Source of the DNA: Mytilus trossulus
Taxonomy: Eukaryota
DNA length: 64,000 nucleotides
Assembly: GCF_036588685.1 (NCBI RefSeq)
Contig: NC_086379.1
Coordinates: 24,614,001 to 24,678,000, forward strand
Direction of reading: 5' to 3'
Under the pieces are notes generated by a model that did not search any database, was not told the DNA's origin, and saw nothing but the letters and a program-made list of their open reading frames with translations. The position numbers and the translations under genes were made by a program. Shown here in pieces: positions 14,421 through 27,388 of the stretch; the first letter of the stretch is position 1, and every line of letters begins with the position of its first letter.

Positions 14421-17400
14421 GATATTATTAAATGCTAAGATTTTATTTAAAATATATCACCAGGTCAAAATATTGTATGGAGTTGTTAGATTAATTTTGA
14501 GTAGATAGTGATCAGTCCACTCTGTTTCAGTAAAACTTGCTCATTGACTTAGAGTACGATTGACCTGTCTAAAAGATCATACACTGGACTTTTAACTGTT
14601 ATAATAATGTTTGACCTGAACTTCTGAAAAAAAAATTTGCTAGTAAAACAACACGGTATTCAATTAAAGCAAAATCACAAACACGAACGATGATCTACAT
14701 GTGTTAACGTCTAATCATTTGGTCTTTGGTAGTCATTATTCAACTGCATATTTTAAAAAAAATTACAGTTCGACAAATAGGTAATCAGATTTTCATCATT
14801 TTTATGATGTAAAATATAAGTTGTAAGACACCAGACCAATTTTTCTGACAGGTGTGTTTTGCCCTTTTGTCATTTCCTTCGACTTTTGAGTTTTGATTAT
14901 ACCCTTGTTATCAGTGTAATACTTTGTTATGATGTTTCTAAACATTTCATACGTTTACTATTTAGCATCAACCGTATCATGTGTGTGTTGTATGTATTTA
15001 TTGGATAACCGTTTGCACATATGTATATTTGTAAATATCGAAAGTTAGGTAGACAAACACTCAAAAACATGTGTCTTGTGAATTGAATTTATTTTTAATT
15101 TAATATTAACTGCATGATATGATAGTTTTACATTTTCAGAAGTAAAGTTTTACCAATGTTTGTAGAAATCTTTATTATTGATGAGCTGATCCGCCCTTTC
15201 TCCGATCAGTTAAGAAAAAAATCTGCAAATAATTGTGTTGAAGGTCATATATTAGTTTTTATTTATAACACAGATTTTCACATCAATCTCAAAACGAGAT
15301 AATCAATTATGTTTTGTGAAGATATACAAAGGTTGTTGAGTAGCATTGTAATCCTACATTTTCTTGTTTTCAATTTTCATTGATTTTTTGTTCATGCATA
15401 TGTTAAATATCACATTGGCTTTATTGAGTTGACATGAAATCAAAGGTGTTGTCTATGTATTTGCAAATGCTTTTAATGACATTTATCAAAATATTTTTCA
15501 AATTTTATTATACTGCGTCATTTATCCCCTTATTACTCCAGTTGATTTTCAGTCTCATAAAAATAGAAGCCTTTGTAGGGATGACGCGCTGGTAATTAAT
15601 CTTTTGAAAACAAACTTATTTATCCAAATAACACCATTACAATCATACCACTTATGTTTTAGAAGACACATGTATCTTCCAGCTTTTTAGCATCCTTTAA
15701 TGGGTTTTTTCTGCATTCAGTCAATTCAAAATCATTGTCGGTGTTGTTAGATGAATTTTTCGAAAGTTCAAAAACATTTTAACAAAAGTCTTATTAAAAT
15801 TTCGTGGAAGGGTTAATACTAATGAGTTTTTAAGACAGAGTAGTAAACTCAAACACGCCCTAACTCAAAAGGTGCAGTTGAATTTTTCTTTTTAGGCAAT
15901 TATTGCCCATTCCCGCCCTCCCCTAAAAAAAACTGTAGCCGGGGCAGTGATGTGTATTAATGCTTTGGAAAGATCAGTCTATTATCTTGCCATTGATTTT
16001 GTTCCAGCGGAATATAAGTTTATGCACAAAATAGATCTTATCGCATTTAAACTTGCCCGAATCGACTGTTACATGAAATGTGTCTGTAATTTGAAAGTTT
16101 AAAGATATCTCGTTGATTCAGACTATAATTCAAGTATAAAAATAAGATTCTAAATTATTATCAATTCATTAAACTTTCATGCCCATAGAAACAGATGTAA
16201 ACCATTCAAATATACCAATTTTTCTTTTTTTAACGCTGCTAACAAATAGATCAATCTCTTATGATTAGTTTTAACTGGGTTTTCGAAATTTCATGGAAAT
16301 ATCTGTTTGTTCTTGTATCCTATCCCACACTGAAATCTATTGTTATTGAAAATTTAGATATTTTTTTAGCTAGGATATGAAATTGACCTGACCAGCATTA
16401 GAAAGAAAAGACATAAAAAAAAACCAACCCATATGATGTGGTCGATTCAATTTGTTATGATTTTTTACCTATTTATAGTAAAGCAATGTAATATGCAATT
16501 CATCATAAATGCATTAATTAAGCGATAAAATCGATTTAAATTTGATATGAACTCTCATATTTATTAAATTTCTTGACAGAGTATTCATCAATTGAAAGGA
16601 CTTTGTTTATAGACCAGTACCACACTACGTTGATTATAGAATTTTTAAATGCGGATACTGTTGGAACAAAATTAGTTTAGATAGCTTTGAAAAGATATTA
16701 TTGGAAAGTTAAATATCGTGTTCCTTATTATAAGATCTGATTCAGTAGTTACATGTTTTTTGTTGTTTTATGTGTCATACATCTGGTATATTAGTTTATC
16801 CAGCTTACAAATTGCAAATGTTATCAGGTTCATAGAAATAAAACCATATTTGATATCGCTTTATGTAATCACGTGCATAAGCATTTTGTATATATTTCTG
16901 CTGATAAACTGACCAATCTTGGTCTTATTCTAAGTAGCTGGTCATTAGAGGTCACCATTGAGGTTCCTGAAGCAAAATTTGTATGTGGGTCCGGTATAAT
17001 TTCTTGCAATTACTAACACGACAGATGTTGCTATCGAAGCAAAAACTGCTAACCCGTGGGACAGTTATCCCTGCCGTTTGTAGGGAGTCGTATTGTTCAA
17101 GTCTTAGATTTCTGTATAGAAATTTGTGCTTTTTTTAATTTTTAATGGTTGTCATTTTAACTTTTTTCTTTTATCATATAGGGTTTGTATGTTTCTATTT
17201 TTTAATAATCCTATTGTATCTTTGGTCTCGTTTTATTGTTTTGTTAAATGTCAATACATATTAGGCATGAATAATTTTGCTTATCTAAGCGTTTGATTCT
17301 TTTCTCGTCAGCTAAATTCCTTTCATAACGAGTAACCTGAAAAGCATTGTTCTCAAAGTTCATATTCTGCAACTTGTTATGTTCGTGTTGACTGTATGTT

Positions 17401-18294
17401 CACCTTTGGTAAATCAATAAATGGTCATTGACATTGGATTCTTATGATTCTGATTATAGTTAGATAATCCGAAGGAAGCATACATTCAACTGTACAAGTA
17501 ATTAGTCTTTATGAAATATTGACGAAATTTTAGAATCACCATAAAACCAACAGGATTAAGAGGTATTCATTATCTGCTTCAAATCAGAAAGTCGTTCTTT
17601 TGATTTCAAGGTCACGAAATATATTCAGTTGTCATCAAAACGTTAATAAAACAAAAAGTAACATTTGTGTAGTATCTGTGCAGTGTGTTTGAAAACAAAT
17701 CTTTGCTCGTTATTCCTACTTGATGTATTTTCAATAGTAAAAAAATATAGTATTGTCAAATCATCGGAATGATGTGATAAAAATTTGATTGATTTATATT
17801 TTTACTTAACATATAAAAACATATTATGATGTAATAAAAGTTGCCATGTCATTTAGGGTTTGTATTGTTTTCTTTGTAATATTTGATGGAATGCTTTTAT
17901 CCTGTGCTCTTCGTTAAGTTATAATAGACAGATAGGGGAGAATAACTGTGTACTCGGACCTAAGAAGCAGAATCCACTTTATCTAAAAATCGACTTTGTG
18001 GCCCCCTGATTTGCACAATTTGCCTCAAAATTGAAATTTAAAGATAATTTATAATAATAATTGTTTATTTATAGAAAATATGAACAGAAAAAAAATTAAT
18101 TACAGAAAAAAACTATTTTTGACCTTCTGGTTGAAATGTGTTTACTTGTTGACACTTTTAATTTTATTTTGCCAACAGGGGCTCATAATTTTTTCTCTTT
18201 TTGGTGCTATATTATGCTGTATTACTACACATACAAATGTAAAAAAGTTCTTTAAAGTTTAAAGGAGGGAATAATATGGAAATATTCAGGAAAA

Positions 18295-18741
18295 TTGTCA
18301 GAAAATACAGCCCCTGGCAAAAATGGACATTGTCTCATTTGGACTGGGGCTTGTACACCAAATAGAAAATATGGGGTGATAAATTGCAAGCCTTCAAATG
18401 CCGGCGGGTGGAAGCAAATGCATGTGCACAGACTTGCGTACATGATACGGCATCTTAATTTTCACCTGCCCAATTTTGATGTCTCGCACCTGTGCCACAA
18501 CACAAAATGTACCAATGTTGATCATCTTGTGTTGGAGCCACACGGCTTCAACAATAGTAGAAAGACATGTATTTCTTGTGGTCATTGTCTTGGGCACCCA
18601 GACCCTTTGCAACCTTGCATGGTGCACTTGAAGATGGCAAATAATAATATTGGTATTATTTATCTTTTAAGGTCTATTTGTTTATTTATTTATTTATTTA
18701 TTTATTTATCTATTTATTTATTTATTTATTTATTGATTTAG
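18295..18741 (+). CDS. His-Cys box / His-Me finger (I-PpoI-like) endonuclease of the transposon
   Basis: CLIWTGA, YGVI, HVHRLAY, VSHLCHNTKCTNVDHLVLEPHGFNNSRKTC and C..C.GH...C zinc-binding motifs. The true start is uncertain: the frame is open from 18256 with no ATG. The C-terminus past ~18640 is read-through into a (TTTA)n tract. Confidence 0.85.
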   Translation: MSENTAPGKNGHCLIWTGACTPNRKYGVINCKPSNAGGWKQMHVHRLAYMIRHLNFHLPNFDVSHLCHNTKCTNVDHLVLEPHGFNNSRKTCISCGHCLGHPDPLQPCMVHLKMANNNIGIIYLLRSICLFIYLFIYLSIYLFIYLLI

Positions 18742-18779
18742 ACAACAATTTCAGACTTCCTTTTTAAAAGGACCTTTGG

Positions 18780-20526
18780 TTAATATCATGTGCTGCTGGC
18801 TTGCTGGGTGTCTGTCATCTAAAGTGCAGATGGAAGTGGCCTTTTTCCAAGCTTATTAATTAGTAGTGCAGGAACCGGGTCTAACTGTCCTTTTCTGTAA
18901 ACATCACACTTCTTTCGGCTTTGCTTAGCTTCTCTGTGTTCCGATATTTTTTCACCAGTCTGAATTAGCCGTCTACGTTTAGCTTCAGGTTTTTTTCAAT
19001 ATTCTTGTTTGTAAGTAAAGTCACTGTCCATTTTGCTCAAAAACTGTAAACTGCTCTCCGACAAATTAACCCCAAGGTGTTCACACTTCATTTTGGCTGA
19101 TGTTACAGGCTTGCTGTTGTTACGGTGTATTCCGGATGCCAATCTTGCTTGCATGCCTCTTGAATGAATAACGTTCTTTGGTAAGTTTACACTGAGGGCT
19201 CTATGAACACCTTCATTCTTATTGGTGGTGTCATATAACTTCATGCTGTTTAATGCCTGCTCACTTAGCTTCATCTTCAATATTTCTTGTAATAATAATT
19301 TGTCTTTTTCATCCATTTGCAGGACAGTGATGTTGTAGCATCCTAGATACTTGGACCGAGTCCACCAGTTATAACCCTCGTCACCGTTACAAACTACATA
19401 GTACTGTTTACACATGGAGCAGTCACCATCATAACATCTGAGTGTAGCCTCCAGGACTTTGGGTAAGTCTTTACACACATCTGCTGTTACTTTGTTGTGT
19501 TTCTCCATTAGCTGTCCAATAATCATTGAGCTCCTACACTTCACATCTTGGCTGAACGCTTTCTTCATTTCCTTCCTTATCTCTTTCGTACGTCCATAGA
19601 ACATAGATTCACTGAACTAAGCCCTTAGTGATGCCCGAAACTGTGACTGTCCAAGGTGTACATAGTCGGCTAGTCGTTCCAACTTCCACAAAGGATGCAG
19701 GGCTCTAGTTGCATCGTCTATTCCTTTAGCTGCCCTTCCGTCTCCATCATTTGTGGCGTTCTTCACCAGGATATCTTGAAGAGCAAGCTGAGTACCGATT
19801 TCCTTTCCCATCTCATACTCTGACAATGGAGCTGCTCTGTGTAGGTTTGCAGTGCAGTCTTCATGACCATTTGGACATTCCACTTTAAATCCTTTTCCTC
19901 TCAACCAGGCCCCTTTCCAGCACATCTGATTCTGGGCAAATGATGCAACAATATATTTATTTTCTGTTGTCTCCATGGCAAGTGAAAAACCTTGGGTAGC
20001 ATTCAGTCCTGGTTTCTTTCGACTGGTTATTGTCTGACTGTTGTACCTTCTGTCGACTGTGACATTGATTTCATTCTCTGCAAGTCCCCTTTCTTGATTT
20101 TTTTGCCTTTACTATCTCCAGTTTTTCTGCCATATCTCTAGTATTAAGTTGTACCAGCTCTTTGCCAACATTGTGGGTCATTCTGTGCATGCTAGTTCTT
20201 GAAGGAGGAGGACAGTTCATTCTGGCAAGTAGCTCCTGGAGTTTAGTACTCCCTATTGGACAGTCTTGTATGGCTGCTGCTACTGCTACATTGGGTGCTC
20301 CAGGATTGGTACCAGGTTTAGTGGTAACAATCTCCTTATAAAGCTTCATAAGTGGACTCATGTAGGTACAGTTCTTGCATCTAAGAGTATATTTCCAATA
20401 GACTCCCCATTTTTCCTGTTTGTGTGCTAGTATTTCAGGATTTTTACAGTGCCTAAACTTCTTTGTATGGTTAGTTATAACTGTATTCAGCATCTTCATC
20501 ATCTATTCATGGTCAACAAACCTCAT
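18780..20526 (-). pseudogene. Kolobok/Mutator-like DDE transposase, disrupted
   Basis: ORFs 20071-20502, 19617-19976 and 18996-19604 join into one protein: C..C zinc knuckle (RCKNC), first D (INVTVDRRYNS), second D (TNDGDG), DYVH, catalytic E (TTNKNE..H...LPKN) and C-terminal YRKGQLDP. Stops at ~20503, 19617 and 18996, and a frameshift near 20100. Confidence 0.85.
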
Positions 20527-21812
20527 ACTCATTGTCCACAAATATAGTTCCCTTTAATTTCAGTATATTTTTTCTTAATTTTTTATTTTTTTGTCTTTCC
20601 TTTCAATTTTTTCCCCTTTTTTGCTTTTATGTGAGTGTTAAGTCATCTAAGATAATTTCTGTAAAATTTCTTTTTGATATTTTTAGCAGAAATGAGTGAT
20701 TTGGTTAGGTAAACATAGGTGCAATTTCCTCTTTTCGGAAGCTCTCTGGCTTAACCCATACTGGTGTCCTTGTGTTTTGTGTTGTCAAGAGAAAATGAGC
20801 TGATGAAGTTTTCTAATTTTTTTATATGATTTGTGGTTAATGTCAAACTGTATGTACACCAAATCTTGTTGGAAAAGCGCAGGTGGGATTTTTTTTTATT
20901 TATCATTAAGTTATAATAGACAGATAGGGGAAAATAACTGTGTACTCGGACCATATATTGCACTTTTTCTGTTTCAAAAGAAACTTTGGCGGAAGATACT
21001 TAACTCGAAAGACAATGTCATGGAACGAGACGAAAAACGACCAACAGATTAACAACATAGTAACTATATACTCGCACGACCAACAGCCGTTGTGAACTCA
21101 GGAGTACTGGCAAAATGATATCACTAAATTGGTGATCAGACTAAGAAGGTTAGGAAAATACGAAATCTTTATAGAACTGCGTTGCAGAAAACTTGGAAGT
21201 TTAACTCATGTTTCAAAAACTACATGGGTATTTTATAAATAACCTTTTTAGGTGATGAAAAGATACCCATGTATAGTTGTCATTGTATAACCAGTCAATG
21301 AAAGTACATACAAAATTCTGAATTGCATGACTTTTGTTAAACCGAGCCAGATGGTGTAAAACGTATGGAAAAGAAGCCCTAGAACTATAATTTATCATAT
21401 GTTGTACAATATGTAACAAGCAATTGAAACATTTTTAAACAAGTGGACATATTGGTTATCTGTAGTTATCCTCATCATGGTAACAATGTAATGACATTGT
21501 GGCTTAGTTTATTACTCTCTGTATTATTGATATAAATGTAAAGCCGTTTATTTAACTGTCCATTGATAGTGCATTAATAGGAGATCTCATCTTCATCAAT
21601 TTATATGCACAACATAACAATCATCAGCTGATTAATATTACGAACTCTGTTACAATGCAATCGGGACACAATGAGTCGACAGGGTAATCGTGTCATGATA
21701 TATACGCATAACCCAACATGCAAAATAAGGCAAAATTTCTCATTCGAGTGTAGGACTCAAAAAGTAAATACTTGTATCAAAGATTTAATCACTCACTTGT
21801 CCATTTATCATA

Positions 21813-24800
21813 TAGTCCAGTCGATTTGTGCAGATTTTTGACAAAATTGCTCAGATTGTGGTAAAAGCATGAAATTTGGAATAGAGGAAGCATATGTCAT
21901 GGACAACATTTTAAGCATTGGACCCACTCTGAAAGTCAAAATTTGCGGAAGAGGCGGCCATTTTAAAATGGCGGCCGTTTGATCTCTATAGATTAATAAA
22001 CAAAATTCTAAAAAAATTATTAGAGAAGATATTGACATGAAACCTGGGTAATATAATAACAGTGCTGATTTCAATTGTCTTGTTGAACAAAGTTTTTGAA
22101 AATATTACCCATATTGAATGGCGGCCATCTTGAAAAATCTTTGTTTTTTAAGCCAAAAAAAGTAGTCATTATTCGATGAAAATTTAAAAAAAAACAATGT
22201 CGAAGATATACAAATGTATTTGTTTGAGCTATATAAACAGGACGAAAAGCGAGCCTATAAACCCCCTCCCCGAGTTTTTCTTTTGTTTCGTAGAGGGTAC
22301 AAATTACTTTATATTTTCCGACAATGTACATGTCTCTAATGTTCAAAAGTAATCGACATAGTTAAAACGCGACCACAAAGAAGATCATAAAATGAACTAT
22401 AACATGTATAACTCTAAAAGCAATATTCCTGCCACCGCTTGTTCAACATAGAATAACAGGAGAATCTTATTTTACAAGTATAAATAAAGCAAAAACATTA
22501 TTTGTATACCTGTCATTTATAATAGTTGGCTGCTTACAGGAAAATTGGTTTTGTTGATATTGTTCATTTGAAACAACTTTCAAAAGCCTTGATTGCAGAC
22601 ATAATGAGTTTCATATCATACAAGTAATTAATGTTATAGGAAGACCAACTGCTCAAATGCTCTCAATTATATTTAACAAAAAATGAAATGCACATGATTT
22701 GTCAAACCTCATCACTCTGTCTTTCATGTTCTATCACATTGTCCTCCACATTTACATACGTTTATACTGCCTTTACACATTTGCATTTCCTTAGTAACCG
22801 TGTTCACTTTGACTTATCAGTTAAGCGCTTGCTGCAAGAAGTTATTATAAAGTCATATGGTATATTCATCCCAGATGACAAGGACTGTCATCTGAGGACT
22901 TCATATGTATTGATTTTTTGGTAGCCATTTTGAATGATGGCCATTTTGAAAACATGAATTTCCAATATAACATTATTCGCTAATCTTATTTATTCACTGA
23001 TTGCATTCACACTTTTTTCTACTAATATGCATTAGATATTTATAAAATGGTCAGATAAGGCATGCAAATGTTTACACAATAAAGATATCAGTATAAGAAT
23101 TTCTAACTGTTACCTACACGTTTGCCTAAGTAACTTTGTAAAACAGAAATTACGAAAATAATATAATTTATGACTGAACGTTGTTGTTGGAAAATATCAA
23201 AATTATAGATTTCCAAAACACTGGAGCTAGATATCAGAAGAAAATAATGAGCGTTTAGTGTAGAAGGAATGTGTGAAACGGCAAGAGAGGACATGTGAGG
23301 GTTTGCATGCAATGGAACAGACATAGACATTTGATCTGGCAATCACTCTTTTTGATACAGGCATACAACAATGTTGGGTCTTGAATTTGTTTTTCTTCCG
23401 CTCAATTTGAAACAGTTGAATGAGGGTTATGGAACTGCAGAAGCACTCAAGACGGCACAAATCCTGTCAAACAAATTTTCAGACCTCAAAATATTTCATC
23501 AGTAAAAGGGAAAACATACTTCTGATGTTGGAGATAAATTGCCAGTTGAAAGAAAACAAGAAGTAACTAGACACTGTTAAGTGATACTGAATCAACACAA
23601 ACAATGACTGCAATGTATTTTTTCTGTGGTGATGTATCTGAAGATTTCCTTGATACTTCGAAATTTAAAAATCGACAAAAATGGGACATGACTGTGCAAC
23701 TGTACTACAAGACATATTTCCTTAGCCAAATTAAGAGCTGGAGATTTCAAAGCACCAGTATCCTGCTTAATGATTGATAAAACTTGACATAGCAAATAGG
23801 CAGAATAAAAGATATAGAAAGAAAGCCAAGAATCTTTTATCCTTGGAGTTGTGCTTTTCAAAAATATAAAATAGATTGACGACACACGGTCTGGCAGAGG
23901 TATTGTACCAATCTCCAAGCTTGCAGATCACGCTAAATTGTACAATAAACGCCTGGAACAACTTGTAGGTATCATGGAAGAATGGACTGATGTAACGCAT
24001 CTAACAAAATAGGAATGTAACTAACAAAGGATGGCCAACCATCGAGACACAATCCAGTAATATCGATAAGTGGAAGACAACACTCACCATTTCTCAGCTA
24101 TAATAGTTCAATTGTGCAACTCGTCATCGAAGGGATGCAACTGCAACTGATCAGTCCTCCGATAGAGAGTAAGATGTCTCAAAGATTGAGGAACGGAATC
24201 ATTTTGAAAGCCTACAATGAATGTCCCTGTAAACCTTTCTATAGTAGCAAGCCTAACCCTTCAAACTATTCTAGTTACTTTGACTATGAAGAGGCATTCC
24301 CCATCACGACTTAAACATTTTGTAAAAGACATGGCCTGTTTCAGATTTCCCCCGACATATTCATTGAGAATCCAGAGAAAGACGCAACCTTTCATGTGTG
24401 CTTGCATATCATCTATTGTAGCTAGTATTCAATTTTTCATAAATGTTGTATTAATCATTCCATCCATGACAACTAGTATTTACTAAGGACGTTTACTGTA
24501 CCATTTTTCCATATCATCAATTTCAAATATTAAAACAATATCTGCTCCAGACTGTGAGCCATCACTGTTTTCTATTATTTTGGCAACCCCTATTGCAATG
24601 GATAACTTATTTTTGTCTTTCTTTCTGTGTCTCGAATTCTGTCTTATTGACTTGTTGTGCAGTTTTAACACACATTTAGCATGAGATCGGCTCCTGAAAT
24701 ATTAATCTTCAGCACTGTTTCTGGCTCAAAGAACAATGGTTAGTAGTTCAAGTGACAGTCACATAATCTATTGTCAATCACAATTGTTGATGCTTCATGA

Positions 24801-25786
24801 TAATAGTCAGATACCTCATCACAAAGAAATAAAGAAATATCTGCAATCATTGTTCTTGTTGATTCATCACAACTGTGGCTGGTTGTTCTACTGGTTTTTT
24901 TAATCCTTGACTCATTTTGTTTTTTCTGACTATATATATTAAGATTTGCTTTGACAGGATTAGTACCTTTTGCCTTGTGATTCTCCCATTGTATGGCCTT
25001 CATCATCGTTGAACAGGTGTATGCTTACAAAAAAATGACTGATTACAAGCTCAAATGTCTATGTCTGCTCTTTTTGTATTTGCTTGGCATTGTAAATCAT
25101 CACGTGTCCTCTCTTCCCGATGCGGAATTCTTTATTCATTTATTAGATTTGTTCAACTCTAGTGATTTTGATACCTACGTATTTTTTCCTGTTTCACATA
25201 CAGTGCTCATATTTTATATACGGATTTTTTTAATGGTAAAAAATTAACTAAGCCCTACATACTAAACTGCAATTAAAAGAATTTACGTATTTCTTTAAAT
25301 ACAGTTATTTGTTAACATAAGCATACCTTATTTGAGCACTTGGTGAATATATCTTATATGAAAAGCAACAGTCATTAATAAATGATCAGCAAAACTAGTT
25401 GTAAATGCATATAAAACTTAGTATTAAATTAAATTCAAAAAACAATTTAGGACAGCGAATAATAATATATTGCAAATTTACGTTTCCAAAATGGCCACCA
25501 TTCAAGATGGCCACTAAATACTTCAATAGTCCTCAATTTATATTCTTTGTCATAAGAAACACGAAAGTTTATCAAAATTAGTTAAGTAACAGATTTTTCA
25601 TATTTTTTAAATAATTTTTATTGACTTTTTGGACATGATTTCAAAATGGCCGCCCAGAGCCGCCATTTTGATTTTCTGAATTGGGTCCATAGCTATAAAT
25701 TGTTAGTTATGACCCCAACTAACACTCTGCAAAGTTTGATGCTTTTACCACCTTCTGAGCAATTGTTTCACATTTCGACTGGACTA
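21813..25786 (-). mobile_element. Academ-type DNA transposon with a heavily decayed transposase
   Basis: Perfect 12-bp TIR TAGTCCAGTCGA/TCGACTGGACTA with longer imperfect subterminal inverted similarity and AAAATGGCGG motifs. 3-bp TSD ATA at 21810-21812 and 25787-25789. Minus-strand relics (ILVVMDGM, MRYISP, Cys-rich C-terminus at ~23280-23470) are compatible with an Academ transposase. TAG...CTA ends with a 3-bp TSD are Academ hallmarks. Confidence 0.75.
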
Positions 25787-26999
25787 ATAGCGATAATAGC
25801 TAAACATTGAAGAGATTATTAAAAACGGAGCAACCCCAACAACTGGTGATTGGTGATCGTATGCGCATCCTTTTTGTTACCCAAAAGTGAAAAATAGTGT
25901 GTTGAACCTTGTTTGGTGGCTAGCCTTACATCTGGATTTATGACAATATTAATAAAATATCGCTAAAATCACCATATAACGTGATAGAAATACAACACAA
26001 ACACACGCAAGAACATTTATCACATAGAAACACACAAAGACATAATATAATAGTTTAACAGTCGAAACATAAAATATATAACATACAATGAACATATGAC
26101 ATGAATTACTAACAACACAGGATATCACAAACAGTGAAAAACGTAAAAACACATGCATTCTCGAATTTTATACAATTATTTTCACAATATTTGTTCAAAT
26201 AATTTTCATGACATTGATGTGATGGAAAGTCAATTTTATCATGTTTATAATTAAAAGGAATAAATTAAGCATCCGAAACCTACACAGAAACATCAAACAT
26301 TTTGGGTGTACAAATTTTATTATCTAATTTGAAGGAACTTCATTTTCATAAATTATGTTGTCAATAAACTCATTATAGATACCAGGATTGAAATCTTGTA
26401 TTTGCGCCAGACGCACATTTCGTTTTCAAATCACTCATCCGTGACTCTTGTAAAAAAAAAAATTGACAGATTTAGCTGTTTTTTTTATATTGTGTACTTA
26501 TTGTGATTTAATTTCAGACATTTTACATTGAACATGTTAAAATGGGAGTAAATATGAAAATTATAAAAAATAATTGGAAAGGTCAATTTATTCAAAGATC
26601 CTTTAAATAATCCAAAACAAGATTTATTAGCTAAATATTACTGGTTACCAGAATTTATAAATAAGTTTTAGTTTTTACGCGTTACTAGTTAGGAATCTTC
26701 ATGAATGATGATCTTATTTGCATATCATACAAATAAAACATATTCTTTTTGATTTACTAAGTCCCTCTCCTTGGATCATTTGTTTTATGTTTAAAATAAT
26801 CTGATTCTTCTAATAAACCGTTAACAAAATTTGTGATATGGAAAATATATTTGTCTATATTATTCCCAAGACAATGCGTCGACTGAATATAGGTAATACT
26901 ATCAATGGAAAATACAAATACGTTGGTTTGTCTTTAAGTCTAATCAGAAACAGAACATGGTGTGCACATATCGTTGTCAATATAATTGATTTTTTTGCG

Positions 27000-27098
27000 A
27001 CTGTCATACAAGTGAGAGGTTTAGCTAGCTATTAAACCAGGTTAAATCCACCGTTTTCTTCACAAGACAATGCCTGTACCAAGTCAGGATATGACAGT
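27000..27098 (+). ncRNA. Putative twister ribozyme variant (family 4-related)
   Basis: ACUGUCAUA/UAUGACAGU closing stem, GAGGU paired with loop UACC, palindrome UAGCUAGCUA, and G CCUG UACCAAGU CAGG A. The cleavage-site UAA reads UAAA. Confidence 0.5.
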
Positions 27099-27388
27099 TG
27101 TTATCTTTTCGTTAATGTGTTTAAGCTTTTGATTCTGCCATTCTAGTACGGACTTAACGTTTGAAGTTTCCACGGAGTCAGATATTTTTGAAATTTTATT
27201 TTTAATCAGTTTTGTACGTTTTTTCAACCATTTGGTTAGGTTATATACCTCTTAAAAAGATGAATGCATTATTATTCATTCTTGTTTTTTTATCATTTAC
27301 TTCAGTGCTTTGCTTTTATATTGCTAACTGTATTTTAAACAACGATAATCAATTATTCTTTAGTGACCTTTTTACTATGATAATCCAT

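Larger units (their letters stand above)
17914..20952. mobile_element. Decayed KolobokP-type DNA transposon (His-Me endonuclease plus DDE transposase, terminal direct repeats)
   Basis: 47-bp direct repeat starting TTAAGTTATAATAGAC and ending GTACTCGGACC at 17914-17960 and 20906-20952 (1 mismatch). It encloses a convergent His-Cys-box endonuclease ORF and a broken DDE transposase. This gene pair with direct repeats defines KolobokP. Confidence 0.8.

Noticed and set aside
18259-20556. TTAAAGG...CCTTTAA as the transposon TIRs
   Set aside because: The match is short and gapped, abuts coding sequence and lies well inside the 47-bp direct repeats.
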